From a bacterium (lineage in GTDB: Bacteria > UBA8248), in NCBI GenBank assembly GCA_963692865.2, contig OY843592.1, positions 1,216,001 through 1,280,000 of the forward strand: a stretch of 64,000 nt of DNA, read 5' to 3'. Shown here in pieces: positions 30,942 to 41,405 of this stretch. Numbering within the stretch: position 1 is the first letter of the stretch; every line of letters begins with the position of its first letter. The notes under the pieces are model-generated. The model ran no database searches. It saw nothing but the letters and a program-made list of their open reading frames with translations, and was not told the origin of the DNA. A program made the translations under genes and the position numbers.

Positions 30942-31718
30942 TTATTCCTCCTCCAGCATCTCCTTGTACTTCTCGTACGAGGGCGGAAACCCGCCCGAGT
31001 AGTTCAGCCAGTTCGTCACGGGATAGCGCGCCGCCCCCGCTTTATGAGTCGCTTCGAGACCCTCGAGGATCTCCCCTATCGCCGAGAAGGGAAACGAAAA
31101 CGCCATCTCGTGGTCCTGCACCTGCCCGAAAATCCTGTCCCCCGTGCAGGGCACGACCATCTGCGGCTCCCCCGTCGTGTGGGGGGCGATGGCCAGATCC
31201 GCGCAGTCGATTCTGCCGCGAAACGCGCTGTCGAGCGTCCCGCCGCGTTTCCAGAGCCACGCCTGCCCCAGCCGCATGATCTGCGCCCCGTTCCCGTAGA
31301 CGACGATCGAATCGGGCGTGAACGCCGCGCGGTGGAGCGGCGCGACGAGCACGCCCACGTATTTCCCCTCGGGAAGCCGGGGCACGCTCTCCTCGCTCAG
31401 GCGGCCGGCTTCGAGGTTCTCCGTATAGAGGTCGATGCACAGGTTGCCCTCGGTGTAGTGGGGCAGGCGCTTTTCGAGACCCAGCGCCATCGCGCCCAGC
31501 ACGCAGCTGCTGTCCTCGCGGCCCAGGGCGAGCGCCCACCCGTAGCGCCGCGCCATGGAGATCGCCTGGCAGGTCGTGAACTGATTCCCCAGGTGCTCCT
31601 TGGGACGCTTCGTCCTCGGGGGAACCTCCTCCCAGGATTCCAGGAACTTCACCGCCACGGGAAACGAGGCGAGGCGCAGGTATTGGTTCAGCTTCTTCTC
31701 GTATTCGGAATTGTCCAT
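30942..31718 (-). CDS. DUF169 domain protein
   Basis: PVAVKF, CQAISMARRYG, SCVLGA, PDSIVVYGN.AQIMRL, IDCAD, PCTGDR...EMAFSFP. Confidence 0.85.
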   Translation of the reverse strand: MDNSEYEKKLNQYLRLASFPVAVKFLESWEEVPPRTKRPKEHLGNQFTTCQAISMARRYGWALALGREDSSCVLGAMALGLEKRLPHYTEGNLCIDLYTENLEAGRLSEESVPRLPEGKYVGVLVAPLHRAAFTPDSIVVYGNGAQIMRLGQAWLWKRGGTLDSAFRGRIDCADLAIAPHTTGEPQMVVPCTGDRIFGQVQDHEMAFSFPFSAIGEILEGLEATHKAGAARYPVTNWLNYSGGFPPSYEKYKEMLEEE

Positions 31719-31924
31719 GCGGTTCCCCCGTTTCGCGTCGGGCGCGGTTCGTCTCGCCGCCGCCGGTTTGCTCCGCGCATGCGGCCATCATACCATCAAC
31801 GCGCGAGGCGGGCACGAAATAAAAAGACGCGCGCCGTGCGCCGCGTCCGTTTTTTCAGCTCTCCGTCCTTGCGGAGGTCGATAAAAAACCCTCCCAAAGA
31901 GCGCGCCGGATTTCACTCCCCCTT

Positions 31925-32371
31925 GGGGGCTGTTGAAAAAGTTTTTCTCGCTCGGATTGACCACCGCCGTCATTCCGGCGAAAGCCGGAATCCATTTTCG
32001 CCTTTGTCTTTGGCCCTTCGCCCGGACATCCTCGCTCCCGGCCAGGGAAGATACGGACGCCGCTATATATATATTCACCTCATCCGTTCCGGATTCGGGC
32101 GCGGCGCTCCCTCCCGCGAGTCGGAATCAAATCCAAAAACGAAAGCAGAAATCATAAAATGGATTCCGTCGAACCCTCCCTCCCCGGTCGGCTCCGACAC
32201 CGGAATGACGGCGTGTAATCTCGATTGTAGGGGCCGTTCGAGAACGGCCCTTGTCCGAGAAAGCGGGCGGTTCGCGAACGGTGGGACAACCCCGAGGAGG
32301 GGTTGTCCCTACAAAACCAACCCTCGGCGCCCTTACTCGGGAGAACTTTTCCAGCAACCCCTTGTCAGGGG
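31925..32371 (+). mobile_element. MITE-like element, copy 1 of a ~400-bp direct repeat
   Basis: GGGGCTGTTGAAAAA ... TTTTCCAGCAACCCC; 31968-32371 is near-identical to 35977-36379. Confidence 0.75.
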
Positions 32372-33501
32372 TCCATTTCGAGCGATGAGCGAGAAATTGC
32401 GTACCGATGCGTTTCTCATCAATGGCTTATGCAAACGCTCGTTCCTCACTCGCGTCTGACCCCTGACAAGGGGGGGTAGGGGGGGGTTGGTTTTCCAGTC
32501 GAGAGGAGCGGCCCCTCTGCCCTTCGAGGGGTTGTTGAAAAAACCTCGCTTCGCTCGGAACTCATACCCCACCGGCGCGAATGCAGGAAACACTCCCCCT
32601 CAAGGGGCGAGTTTTTGGCCGGCGCTCCGCAAGGGCGGCGTGAAGCCGCCTCTTTCCCGGAACAGCTACATACGCCGCCCCATGCAATGCGGGCGGCGAT
32701 TCCCCATCGGTCGCGATTGACTGAAAAAAGGGTTGAGCCTATCCCGAAGACGTTACAAAACAAACCATGTTTCACGCCCTTTCGCGACGAAGCGGCGGGA
32801 CCCTTGTTTTCATGGCGGTGCGCACCGCGCGCGGCGGCGAGACGGCAGGTAAGACGAGACGCCGGGAACGATGCGCGGGGAAGGGCGAACTCCCGACCCT
32901 CGCCGGAGAGTTACAAAGGGCTTGAACGCGGGGGGAGGATGTGGTAAAGCAAAAGGGATTTCATGATTCTTGTTGTGGTGAAAACTCCCGCGCGAAACGC
33001 TTGCGCGAGAGTGGTTTCGGCCAACATGCTCATGAGAGCCGGAGAACACCGGAAAGTCGGAAACACGGGAGAAAGGAGGTTGAATATCGGAAAAGGCTGT
33101 AGCAGGCAGGGAAAGACGCATGTTTTACTTCAGGCGGTTCCAGTATCATGACATAGGGGTCGAGATGGTCTTTGACTCTATGAGCAGAAGGATGTAGATT
33201 TGATTTTCCAGTAGCACGGGAGGCCTTCTCAAGAGGGCCTTATCACGACGATGCGGAGGACTCACTCAATGCTGTTCTGCATAAAGTGCCGATCTGCACC
33301 AAAACACCCACCAACAAATTGTATGTTTTCGGATGACTTTTCCGTTCGCACGGCCATCGGGGCCAAGGTGGATTCTGACTCTATGAATGGAAGGATGGCA
33401 ATTTGATTCTCTAGTTTCACACGGGAGGCCTTCTCTCCGAAGGCCTCATACGGGGGCCTTCTCATGGAGGCCTTATCACGACGATGAGGAGGACTCACTC
33501 T

Positions 33502-35436
33502 ATGTTGTTCTGCGTAAAAACACCCATCAACAAGTTGTATGTATTCGGATTGGCGCTCCTGCTCGCGGCGACGCTGGCCGGCTGCGGAGGAGGCGGCGGC
33601 GGCACTGGCGGCGGAGGCGGAGTCACCCAGCCGACGCCCTCGACGGCCGACGAGCAGTTCGCCGCGCGCCTGGCCAGCGAAAACGCCAGAATCGCCAAGG
33701 AAGCCGCGATGGCGGCCGTACCCGGCGCGGTGACGGCGGCGACTGCCGCCGCGGGCAAGGCGGCCACCTACGCGGCGAACGCGGCCGGTTCCGCGACGAT
33801 GGCCATGAACGCCCGGACGGACTACGACAAGACCAAGATGGCGAGCGATGCCGCCGCGGCCGAGAACGCGAAGGCCATGGCCGCGAAGACGGCGGCCGAC
33901 GGCGCGGAGACCGCCTTGAGCGACGCCGTCGCGGCCTATAACGCTGCGGTGAAGGACCAGGACATCGAGACGAAGGCCGGCGCGACGGCCATCAAGACGG
34001 CCGCCGACGCCCTCGAGGCCGCCGCCATGAAGGCGCAGACGGACGCCGCGCAGGCGCAGATGGACGCGGAAGCGGCGCGAGACATGGCGATGGACGACGC
34101 GGACGACGCGGCGATGTACGCCGCCACGCACGTCCTCGGGCTGTTCGAAGCGGCGAACGCGGAGGGCGTGGAGGACGCCGACGCCAGGAAAGCCGCGGTG
34201 GCTGCCGTGGCGACGGCGATCGGCACAGCGGCCGCCAATCAGGGCGCTGTCGGAGTGAGCGCCCTTTGGCCCGCGGACACGACGGACGACGACGACAACG
34301 TCGTGGCCGGCGTGCTGATGGTTACGATTACGGGCGTGGGCGGTAACATTACGTCGGACACCATGGGTACGGACGGCAACAACGACGGTGATACCGAGGA
34401 TGCGGGCGAAGGGCCCAACGCGAGCGTGATCACCGGCCAGACGGGCTTCTCGCACGGGTTCGACATCAGCGCACATCCCTCCGACAGCAACGATCCTGAC
34501 GGCAGGCACGTCATCGTCTTCACCGACAAGAAACAGGGCACGCCGGCGGTAACGGCGGTAACGGCAGTGCCGGCCAAGACTCTTACCAACGCTGACACGA
34601 GTGTTGGCGCCGTCACCGACCTGGGCGCCATGTCGGGTAACAGCTACACAGGCGTCACCTATTACGAGGATAGCAATAGCACGAGTGACTCAGGCTTGGC
34701 GTTCACGGGTACGCTGACCTGCCCCTTGGGGATATCGTGTTCGACGACAATCTCGGGCGACACGATTACCGTGACCGGCTACACGTTCTCGGGAAGCCGG
34801 CCGGCCAGGAAGGCCGTCGATGCTGCTGACGCGGCCGAGAACAACGACTATCTGGCCTTCGGCGTCTGGCTCAATGAGGACAGCGATACCGGCACGGCCG
34901 GCGACCAGCCCGCTTTGGGCGCATTCGCCGGCGGCGGCGCGAACTTCTCTACGCCGAATACCCTCGAGGGCAAGGCGACCTACAACGGCGCCGCGACGGG
35001 CGTCTACACCCAGGGGAGCAAGGTCGATTACTTCGAGGGCGCCGCCACCCTCACGGCCGACTTCGGCGCTAACGACGAAGCCGGAATCATCACCGGGATG
35101 ATCAAGAACATCGTGGCGGGCGGCATGGCCATGAGCGGCGACGTCATCTACCTGAATGACGACGCGACGCCTGACGACGGCAACATTAACTCGGACGGCA
35201 CTTTCTCCGGCAACGCCCGGATGGGAACGGGCACGACGGTGGACAGCGTGACCACGTATCCCTACAACGGCGCGTGGAGCGGCCGGTTCCACGGCCCAGC
35301 GGCGGCCGACGACGCGACGGGCGTGGACACGCTCCCGCCCGCCGCCGCGGGCACCTTCGGCGTTACCGGCACGACGGGTACGGGAGACGACGCCGTTACC
35401 ACGAGCTACGTGGGCGCGTTCGGCGCGCGCAGGTAG
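33502..35436 (+). CDS. Surface lipoprotein with TbpB-like C-terminal barrel (probable Slam / type XI secretion cargo)
   Basis: GAGGAGG RBS; lipobox LAGC followed by a poly-Gly linker; Ala-rich helical stalk; DYLAFGVWL, GKATYNGAATGVY, ATLTADF, G.WSGRFHG, GTF, C-terminal VGAFGARR. Confidence 0.8.
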   Translation: MLFCVKTPINKLYVFGLALLLAATLAGCGGGGGGTGGGGGVTQPTPSTADEQFAARLASENARIAKEAAMAAVPGAVTAATAAAGKAATYAANAAGSATMAMNARTDYDKTKMASDAAAAENAKAMAAKTAADGAETALSDAVAAYNAAVKDQDIETKAGATAIKTAADALEAAAMKAQTDAAQAQMDAEAARDMAMDDADDAAMYAATHVLGLFEAANAEGVEDADARKAAVAAVATAIGTAAANQGAVGVSALWPADTTDDDDNVVAGVLMVTITGVGGNITSDTMGTDGNNDGDTEDAGEGPNASVITGQTGFSHGFDISAHPSDSNDPDGRHVIVFTDKKQGTPAVTAVTAVPAKTLTNADTSVGAVTDLGAMSGNSYTGVTYYEDSNSTSDSGLAFTGTLTCPLGISCSTTISGDTITVTGYTFSGSRPARKAVDAADAAENNDYLAFGVWLNEDSDTGTAGDQPALGAFAGGGANFSTPNTLEGKATYNGAATGVYTQGSKVDYFEGAATLTADFGANDEAGIITGMIKNIVAGGMAMSGDVIYLNDDATPDDGNINSDGTFSGNARMGTGTTVDSVTTYPYNGAWSGRFHGPAAADDATGVDTLPPAAAGTFGVTGTTGTGDDAVTTSYVGAFGARR

Positions 35437-35511
35437 TAAGTAGAAGCGGAGCACGACGCCTTCGGGCCTCGGGCTTTAACGGCCCGGGGCCGGGGCAATA
35501 CGCAGGCGAGG

Positions 35512-35541
35512 GAGGGCGGCCGAGCGGCCGCCCTCTTTTTT
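35512..35541 (+). terminator. Intrinsic terminator
   Basis: GAGGGCGGCC-GAGC-GGCCGCCCTC-TTTTTT downstream of the lipoprotein stop. Confidence 0.75.
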
Positions 35542-35925
35542 CGTCCCGCTCCGAGCCCCCGGCTCCCCTTGGGGAGGAAACCCCATAAAACGACCCCCCC
35601 CTACCTTGTCAGGGGGATATAAAAAGGCGATCTCCCCCCGCCGGGTCGGAGGGTGTAAAAAGGCGCCGCGCCTTGCCGGGTCGGAGAGTGAAAAAGGCGA
35701 TGCGCCCCCGCCGGGTGGAGGGGTTTTTGTTTTTTCTTGCCCCCTGACAAGGGGGGTGGGGGGGTTGCCTTTTCGTCTCTTTCACGTCCTCGCCCCGCGC
35801 CTCGTCTTGGTCGTAAGTCTGGCGTAGGGGCCGCATACTATGCGGCCCCTACAGACCAAACCCGATTGATGAAGGTCTTTCAACAACCCCTGCAAGAGGG
35901 GTCGCCTTTTTATACCCCCCCGGTA

Positions 35926-36379
35926 AGGGGTTGTTGAAAAAACCCGCTTCGTTTGGGATTGACCTTCGCCTTTGCTCGTCATTCCGGCGAAAGCCGGAAT
36001 CCATTTTCGCCTTTGTCCTTGGCCCTTCGCCCGGACATCCTCGCTACCGGCCGGGGGAGATACGGACGCCGCCATATATATTCACCTCATCCGTTCCGGA
36101 TTCGGGCGCGGCGCTCCCTCCCGCGAGTCGGAATCAAATCCAAAAACGAAAGCAAAAATCATAAAATGGATTCCGTCGAACCCTCCCTGCCCGGTCGGCT
36201 CCGACACCGGAATGACGGCGTGTAATCTCGGTTGTAGTGGGCCGTTCGAGAACGGCCCTTGTCCGAGAAAGCGGGCGGTTCGCGAACGGTGGGACAACCC
36301 CGAGGAGGGGTTGTCCCTACAAAACCAACCCTCGGCGCCCTTACCCGGGAGAACTTTTCCAGCAACCCCTTGTCAGGGG
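35926..36379 (+). mobile_element. MITE-like element, copy 2 of the ~400-bp direct repeat
   Basis: GGGGTTGTTGAAAAA ... TTTTCCAGCAACCCC; matches 31968-32371 with scattered substitutions. Confidence 0.75.
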
Positions 36380-36628
36380 GGCAAGGGGGGGGTTCAAGAG
36401 ACGAGGCGGCGAGGGGAGGATGAAGCATCGCCCCCCTGCAGGGGGAGCAGGCCGAGGGGCCGGTTTCGGGATAAGGGCGGCGGAGTTGATTTTAGGGGGC
36501 CGATGTAGCAGACTTCCCCATCGTCCGTTCGGAAGGGGCTCTCCCCGCCCGGGCGGCGCAAACGCGGACTTCGTCGCCGAGGGAGGAAACGGGCGTGTAA
36601 CCGGCGCGCTCGTCTCACGTCATACGCC

Positions 36629-38005
36629 ATGAAAAAATTCATCCTCTTCACCGTCTTTATCGTAGCCGTTGCGCTCGCGCACCTTTCGCCTCCGGGCGCC
36701 GACGCCGCGCAGTCTCACCTCTCCACGGATCCGAAGGTCCGCGCCGCGCGCGCGCTGCTCACGCAGCGCCGCTACGCCGAGGCGCTCGGTATCCTGCGCC
36801 CCATCGCCGCGGCGTCATACGGCAGGGCGGACAGGACGGACGTGCTCTTCCTCACGGGCCTTTCCGCCATCGAGGCCTCGCGGCGCATGCCTCCCGCGAG
36901 GACGATGGAGAAGATAGCGCTCCTCGACGAGGCCGTCGCCGCGCTGCGGGCCATCCTGATCGACAGGCCCGATCTGGTGCGCGTGCGCCTCGAGCTCGCG
37001 CGGGCGTTCTTCTACAAAGGGGAAGATTTGCTCTCGCGCGGGCACTTCGATCGCGTCCTCGCCGGCAAGCCCCCCAAGGCGATGGTCGCCAACATCAACC
37101 GCTTCCTTCGACTCATGCGCGCGCGCAGGCGCTGGCAGGCGCACTTCGGCTTTTCCATCGCGCCGGACACGAACATCGGCGCGGTGTCGGGTTCGGAGAT
37201 CATCTACATCTACGGGCTGCCCTTCCGCCGCAACGAGTTCAGGGGCGAAAGCTCGGGCATGGGCTTCGTCTTCTGGGGCGGGTGGGAGTACCAGCATCCC
37301 CTGGCCAGGCGCGTGCGCCTGCGCATGGGGACGGATATCTCGATCCGCGAATACAAGAACGACGAGTTCGACCAGATGACGGTCTCCCTCCACGCCGGGC
37401 CGCGCTGGTGGATGAACCCCAATACTGAAATGAGCCTGCTCGCCAGCGCGCGCCAGCGCCGGAGCGGCGGGCGGGTCTACAGCCACGAGTACGGCTCGCG
37501 CTTCGAGGTCGAGCACCGCCTCACGCGCCGCATCCGCCTGAGCGGGCGCGCCTCCTGGCACGAGCGCGACTACGTGCGCGACGAGCACCTCGAAGGGCCG
37601 CAGATGGACTTCTCGCTGTCGGGCTCGTGGGCGCTCACGCCGACGCTTCAGTTCCGGGGCGCGTTCGGCTACGGGGTGGAGAACCCCGAATCGCGCACCT
37701 GGCGCAACCGCACCCGTTGGGGACGCCTGGGCGCCTCCGTGGCCCTTCCCTTCGGCTTCACTCTGGGCGGCAACGCCGAGCTCCGCGCGACGGACTACGA
37801 GGGCAACTGGTTTCCCTACGTCTCCAACGGCGCCTCGCGTGAGGACGAGGTGCGCATATTCAGCGCCTCCGTCTTCAACCGCGGCTTCACGGCCCTGGGT
37901 TTCAGCCCCCAGCTCGTCGTGGTGAACGAGCAGCGCGAGTCCAACGCCCAGCTCTACGACTACAAGCGCACCCGCGCCGAACTGCGCTTCGTGCGGCAGT
38001 TCTAG
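36629..38005 (+). CDS. Surface lipoprotein assembly modulator (Slam, DUF560; TPR + beta-barrel)
   Basis: Signal peptide, TPR-like PDLVRVRLELARAFF, SIAPDTNI barrel start, C-terminal QRESNAQLYDYKRTRAELRFVRQF ending in Phe. Confidence 0.85.
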   Translation: MKKFILFTVFIVAVALAHLSPPGADAAQSHLSTDPKVRAARALLTQRRYAEALGILRPIAAASYGRADRTDVLFLTGLSAIEASRRMPPARTMEKIALLDEAVAALRAILIDRPDLVRVRLELARAFFYKGEDLLSRGHFDRVLAGKPPKAMVANINRFLRLMRARRRWQAHFGFSIAPDTNIGAVSGSEIIYIYGLPFRRNEFRGESSGMGFVFWGGWEYQHPLARRVRLRMGTDISIREYKNDEFDQMTVSLHAGPRWWMNPNTEMSLLASARQRRSGGRVYSHEYGSRFEVEHRLTRRIRLSGRASWHERDYVRDEHLEGPQMDFSLSGSWALTPTLQFRGAFGYGVENPESRTWRNRTRWGRLGASVALPFGFTLGGNAELRATDYEGNWFPYVSNGASREDEVRIFSASVFNRGFTALGFSPQLVVVNEQRESNAQLYDYKRTRAELRFVRQF

Positions 38006-38088
38006 GCCGGGCCTCTCCGGGCGGGAGAAGCCCGCGACCGGGCAAAGGGGGGACTGCGCTTTCCGGGCGGATCAATCCCTCCCGCATC

Positions 38089-39465
38089 GGTGTTGTTGAA
38101 AAAGCCCTTGCGAGCCGGTCGGGACCCCACCATAGGGGCCGCATATCATGCGGCCCGCGTTCGGACGGCGAAAAAAGCCGGGTCGCATGATGTGTCGGAC
38201 ATATATGTCCGACCTGCATACCCTTTTGCATGGCGACCGCAGGGGCGCTTCGTGAAGCGCCCGTTTCTTCTCCGGGAAGGGCCGTTCGCGAACGGCCCCT
38301 ACGGCCCCTTGATCCGAGACGACGCAACCCGCCTCCTCATCCTGAGTAGCCCCGAGCTTGCGAGGGGCGTATCGAAGGACGAGGGGAGCCGACCCCCCCC
38401 CCGCGCCGCGGCGAGAGGCAATCGCTCCCGCATTGGGGTTGTTGAAAAAGACTTGATTTCTAGATTTGTCGTATGTACCCGACCGACGAGAGAGAAAATC
38501 ACTCCCCCCTTGAGGGGGTTGTTGAAAAACCTGTCCCTCTCGGATCAACCACGTTTTACCCGTAGGTCGGACATATATGTCCGACATATCATGCGACCCG
38601 TATTGTGAAGGCGAAAAAGCCGGGCCGCATGATATGCGGCCCCTACAATAGAAACGACAATGACGGCGGTGGTCAATCCGAGCGAGGAGGGGTTTTTCAA
38701 CAGCCCCTTGAGGGTCGGACATCTCCTCATCGGGATGTCCGACGAAGAACTGAGGGCGTAAGCCCGAAAGCGATTCGGTGGGGGGTATAATTCGGAATGG
38801 CGATCATACACGTTTTACCCCCCACCGGCGCGGCTTCGGACTCCGTCCTCGCCTTGCCGTTGGGCTTTCCCCTCGGGAAGCCAGACCCTCAAGGGGGGAG
38901 TGAAACTCGGCGTGTTCCTTCTGTGGACTTTTTCAACAGCCCCCTCAAGGGGGGAGTGAAATTTGCCTCGCACCTTCTGTGAACTTTTTCACAGCCCCGC
39001 ATTGGTCGCGATTGACCTTCGGTACGCGGTTTCGCCGCTACTCGGGATGAGGCGGAGAAGGTTTTTTCAACGGCCCCATATCATGCGACCCGGCCTTTTT
39101 TCGCCGCCGTCATGGATCGACAAATACAATCCAGAATACAGAAGATGGAAACCCGACTCCCGTAGGGGCCGCATAGTATGCGGCCCGTTCAGGTCGGGTT
39201 CCAGGGTCGCGTCGCGGGAACGTCTTCAGGAATTGCGTTGCATAGGGCGAGGCCGTAATCGTCGGCGACGAAAACCACTCTGCGCGGGTCGCATGATATG
39301 CGACCCCTACACGGCGAGCGGCAACGACGCCGGAATGACGGCGGTGGATAATTCCGGGCGAGAAAGACTTTTTCAACACCCTTCTCAAGGGGGGAGTGGT
39401 TGTTCCGCTATCCGGTCGGCGACGTGATGCTCCCGCAGGTCAGACATATATGTCTGACCTGCGAA
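38089..39465. repeat. 1.4-kb nested MITE/REP mosaic
   Basis: At least three GTTGTTGAAAAA left ends, five TTTTTCAAC-type right ends, and GTAG, CGTC, CTTGAGGG and CCTGAGTAG modules. Confidence 0.7.
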
Positions 39466-39492
39466 AACCGCGAACTCTCTATCGCGCTCGAC

Positions 39493-39975
39493 TCACGGTT
39501 TGTGGACGCCGCAGCCGAAGATGTGCCCCTTGTGGCGCACGACCCATGAGGACTTGGGCACGACCTTGCCCGTGAGGGGGTCTTTCCAGCCGTAATCCAC
39601 CCATGCGCCCTCCGGCTTCGCCCCCGCCAGGATGGCCCGGCCGATGTTGAGGCCGTTCGGGTCGATGAGCGCGGCGGCGTTGACGCCGATGAGCGACCGG
39701 GTCTGGGCGTGGGCGACGATGCGCGCGCCCTCCTCCGCCTTGAGCACGAAAATGTAGAGGTCCAGGTGATTGAATTCCGCGCCCGGGCGATTCGTGATGC
39801 GGTCGAAGGCCGCCTGCCTCCCTGCCCTGTCGAACAGGGCGACGGCTTTGGCCACCATGGCCTGTGCATCGGCGGGGGCGCCGCGCTTTTGCTTTTGCCC
39901 CTTGGCGAGGGCGGGCGCGGCGAGAAGCAGCAGGGAAGCGGCGAGCGTGATTTTCAGGATGAGCGCGTTTTTCAT
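39493..39975 (-). CDS. Stand-alone periplasmic single-Cache domain protein
   Basis: Signal peptide; AQAMVAKAVA, DLYIFV, VAH, WVDYGWKDP.TGKV.PKSSWV, IFGCGV. Confidence 0.8.
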   Translation of the reverse strand: MKNALILKITLAASLLLLAAPALAKGQKQKRGAPADAQAMVAKAVALFDRAGRQAAFDRITNRPGAEFNHLDLYIFVLKAEEGARIVAHAQTRSLIGVNAAALIDPNGLNIGRAILAGAKPEGAWVDYGWKDPLTGKVVPKSSWVVRHKGHIFGCGVHKP

Positions 39976-40389
39976 GGATTTCTGATCCTCCTGGGTTTCA
40001 CATTTTCGGTTCGGAGCAAGTCGCCGGAGGATAAAAAGGTTCCGGGGAATCCGTCAACCCGCGGATGGTTTCCGGGGCGTGGCCGGGTCTGAGGGGGGAT
40101 TGCCCGCGGCGTTCCCTTCCCACCGGCATTGCCCGGAAACGATAGCGAAAAATCCAGGGCGAAGTTCCCCGGACTCCGCATTCCCTCCCTCCCCGGCCGG
40201 AAATGATGCCGGAATGACGGTGAAATTTCCGGGTGGGGGGATGAGGAAAACCTCTGCGCGGTCCCGGTCCCCCGAAATATCGGCGGCCCCGAGGAGGGAC
40301 CGCCGGTACGGGTGATTCTATATGCGCATGGCCGGCGCCCCGGGCCGGTCGCCGGGAGCCGTCGTCGGCGTTTCGCCCATGCCCTGGAA

Positions 40390-41298
40390 CTACACCGGCT
40401 GCGCGCCCTCAATCTGGGTGCGGTGCATGAGGCGCGGATGCGTGCCCGCGTGGGGCTCGCGGTAGTGCATGGTGCAGCGGTTGTCCCACAGCAGCACGTC
40501 GCCGAGGCGCCACACGTGCGCCCAGACGAGCTCATCCCTGCAGGCGTGCTCCCAGAGGAAATCGAGAAGCGCCTCGCTCTCCCCCTCTTCCATGTCGTCG
40601 ATGTACTGGGAGGGATACGCCCTTCTTCGGCCCAGGTAGAGCGCGCGTCTTCCGGATTCTGGGTGCGTGCACACGAGGGGGTGGTGCGGCCCCGGAACCT
40701 CCGAGGGCTTGGTGGGCAGCTTGACGCCGGGCCTGAGCGTGCCAGCCGAGTTCCGGCTCGCGTCGTGGACGGCGGTCTTGCCCTCGATTTTCTGCTTCAC
40801 GTCCTCGGGCAGGGTCTCGTAGGCCGTGTACTGGTTGCTGAAGCACGTGTTCCCGCCGGAGGGAGGCAGCATCCGCCCGTAGAGCATGCTGCCCGCGGGC
40901 GGTTTCTCGGCGTAGGAGTTGTCGTTGTGCCAGACGACCTCGCCGCTTCCCAGGCTTTCGTTCTGCTGCACGGGGTTTCCCTCTTCGTCCAGGTTGTGGA
41001 CGACGGTGATCTCGGGGTGCTTCGCCGCCCAGGTCTGCTGTTTCCCGGCCTTGTCGTAATAGGCCTTGGCGGCGGGCGCGACGGCCTCGCCGAAGATGCG
41101 CGTGGCTTCCAGATGCTGCTCCTCGGTCATTTCCTGATCGCGGAACAACAGAACGAGGTGCTCCGTCCATGCGTCGCGCAGGGCTCCCTTCACCTCCTCG
41201 GGCATCGGCTGGGCCAGATCGACGCCCCTGATTTCCGCGCCCAAGGCAGCGCCCGTCGGCGCGACTTCCAGACTATCGAGAGTGTTTTTCGTGCTCAT
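40390..41298 (-). CDS. TauD/TfdA family Fe(II)/2-oxoglutarate dioxygenase
   Basis: GAEIRGVDL, WHND (HxD), GGNTCF, HPLVCTHPESGR, WDNRCTMH, RLMHR. Confidence 0.92.
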   Translation of the reverse strand: MSTKNTLDSLEVAPTGAALGAEIRGVDLAQPMPEEVKGALRDAWTEHLVLLFRDQEMTEEQHLEATRIFGEAVAPAAKAYYDKAGKQQTWAAKHPEITVVHNLDEEGNPVQQNESLGSGEVVWHNDNSYAEKPPAGSMLYGRMLPPSGGNTCFSNQYTAYETLPEDVKQKIEGKTAVHDASRNSAGTLRPGVKLPTKPSEVPGPHHPLVCTHPESGRRALYLGRRRAYPSQYIDDMEEGESEALLDFLWEHACRDELVWAHVWRLGDVLLWDNRCTMHYREPHAGTHPRLMHRTQIEGAQPV

Positions 41299-41405
41299 TC
41301 CGGTGAACTCCTATCGTGTAAGTTTCTCTATCCGGGAGAGACTCCCGGATGAAGTGATTGGATGTTTGCCTAAGTCTATTAAAACGGCGCTCGCCTGTAA
41401 ACGTT

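Noticed and set aside
30699-32459. 586-aa ORF and the many short ORFs in 26.7-27.1, 28.7-29.3, 35.6-36.6 and 38.0-39.5 kb
   Set aside because: They run through palindromic repeats (recurring peptides such as GRMICGPY, WIPAFAGMT, FFNNP) or are antisense to DUF169; not credible proteins.
38089-39465. Possible CRISPR array
   Set aside because: Repeats vary in sequence, orientation and spacing and are nested; no constant repeat-spacer period and no cas genes.
39990-40320. Riboswitch upstream of the Cache gene
   Set aside because: GC-rich hairpins and a degenerate GGAATGACGG REP half are present, but I recognise no aptamer consensus.
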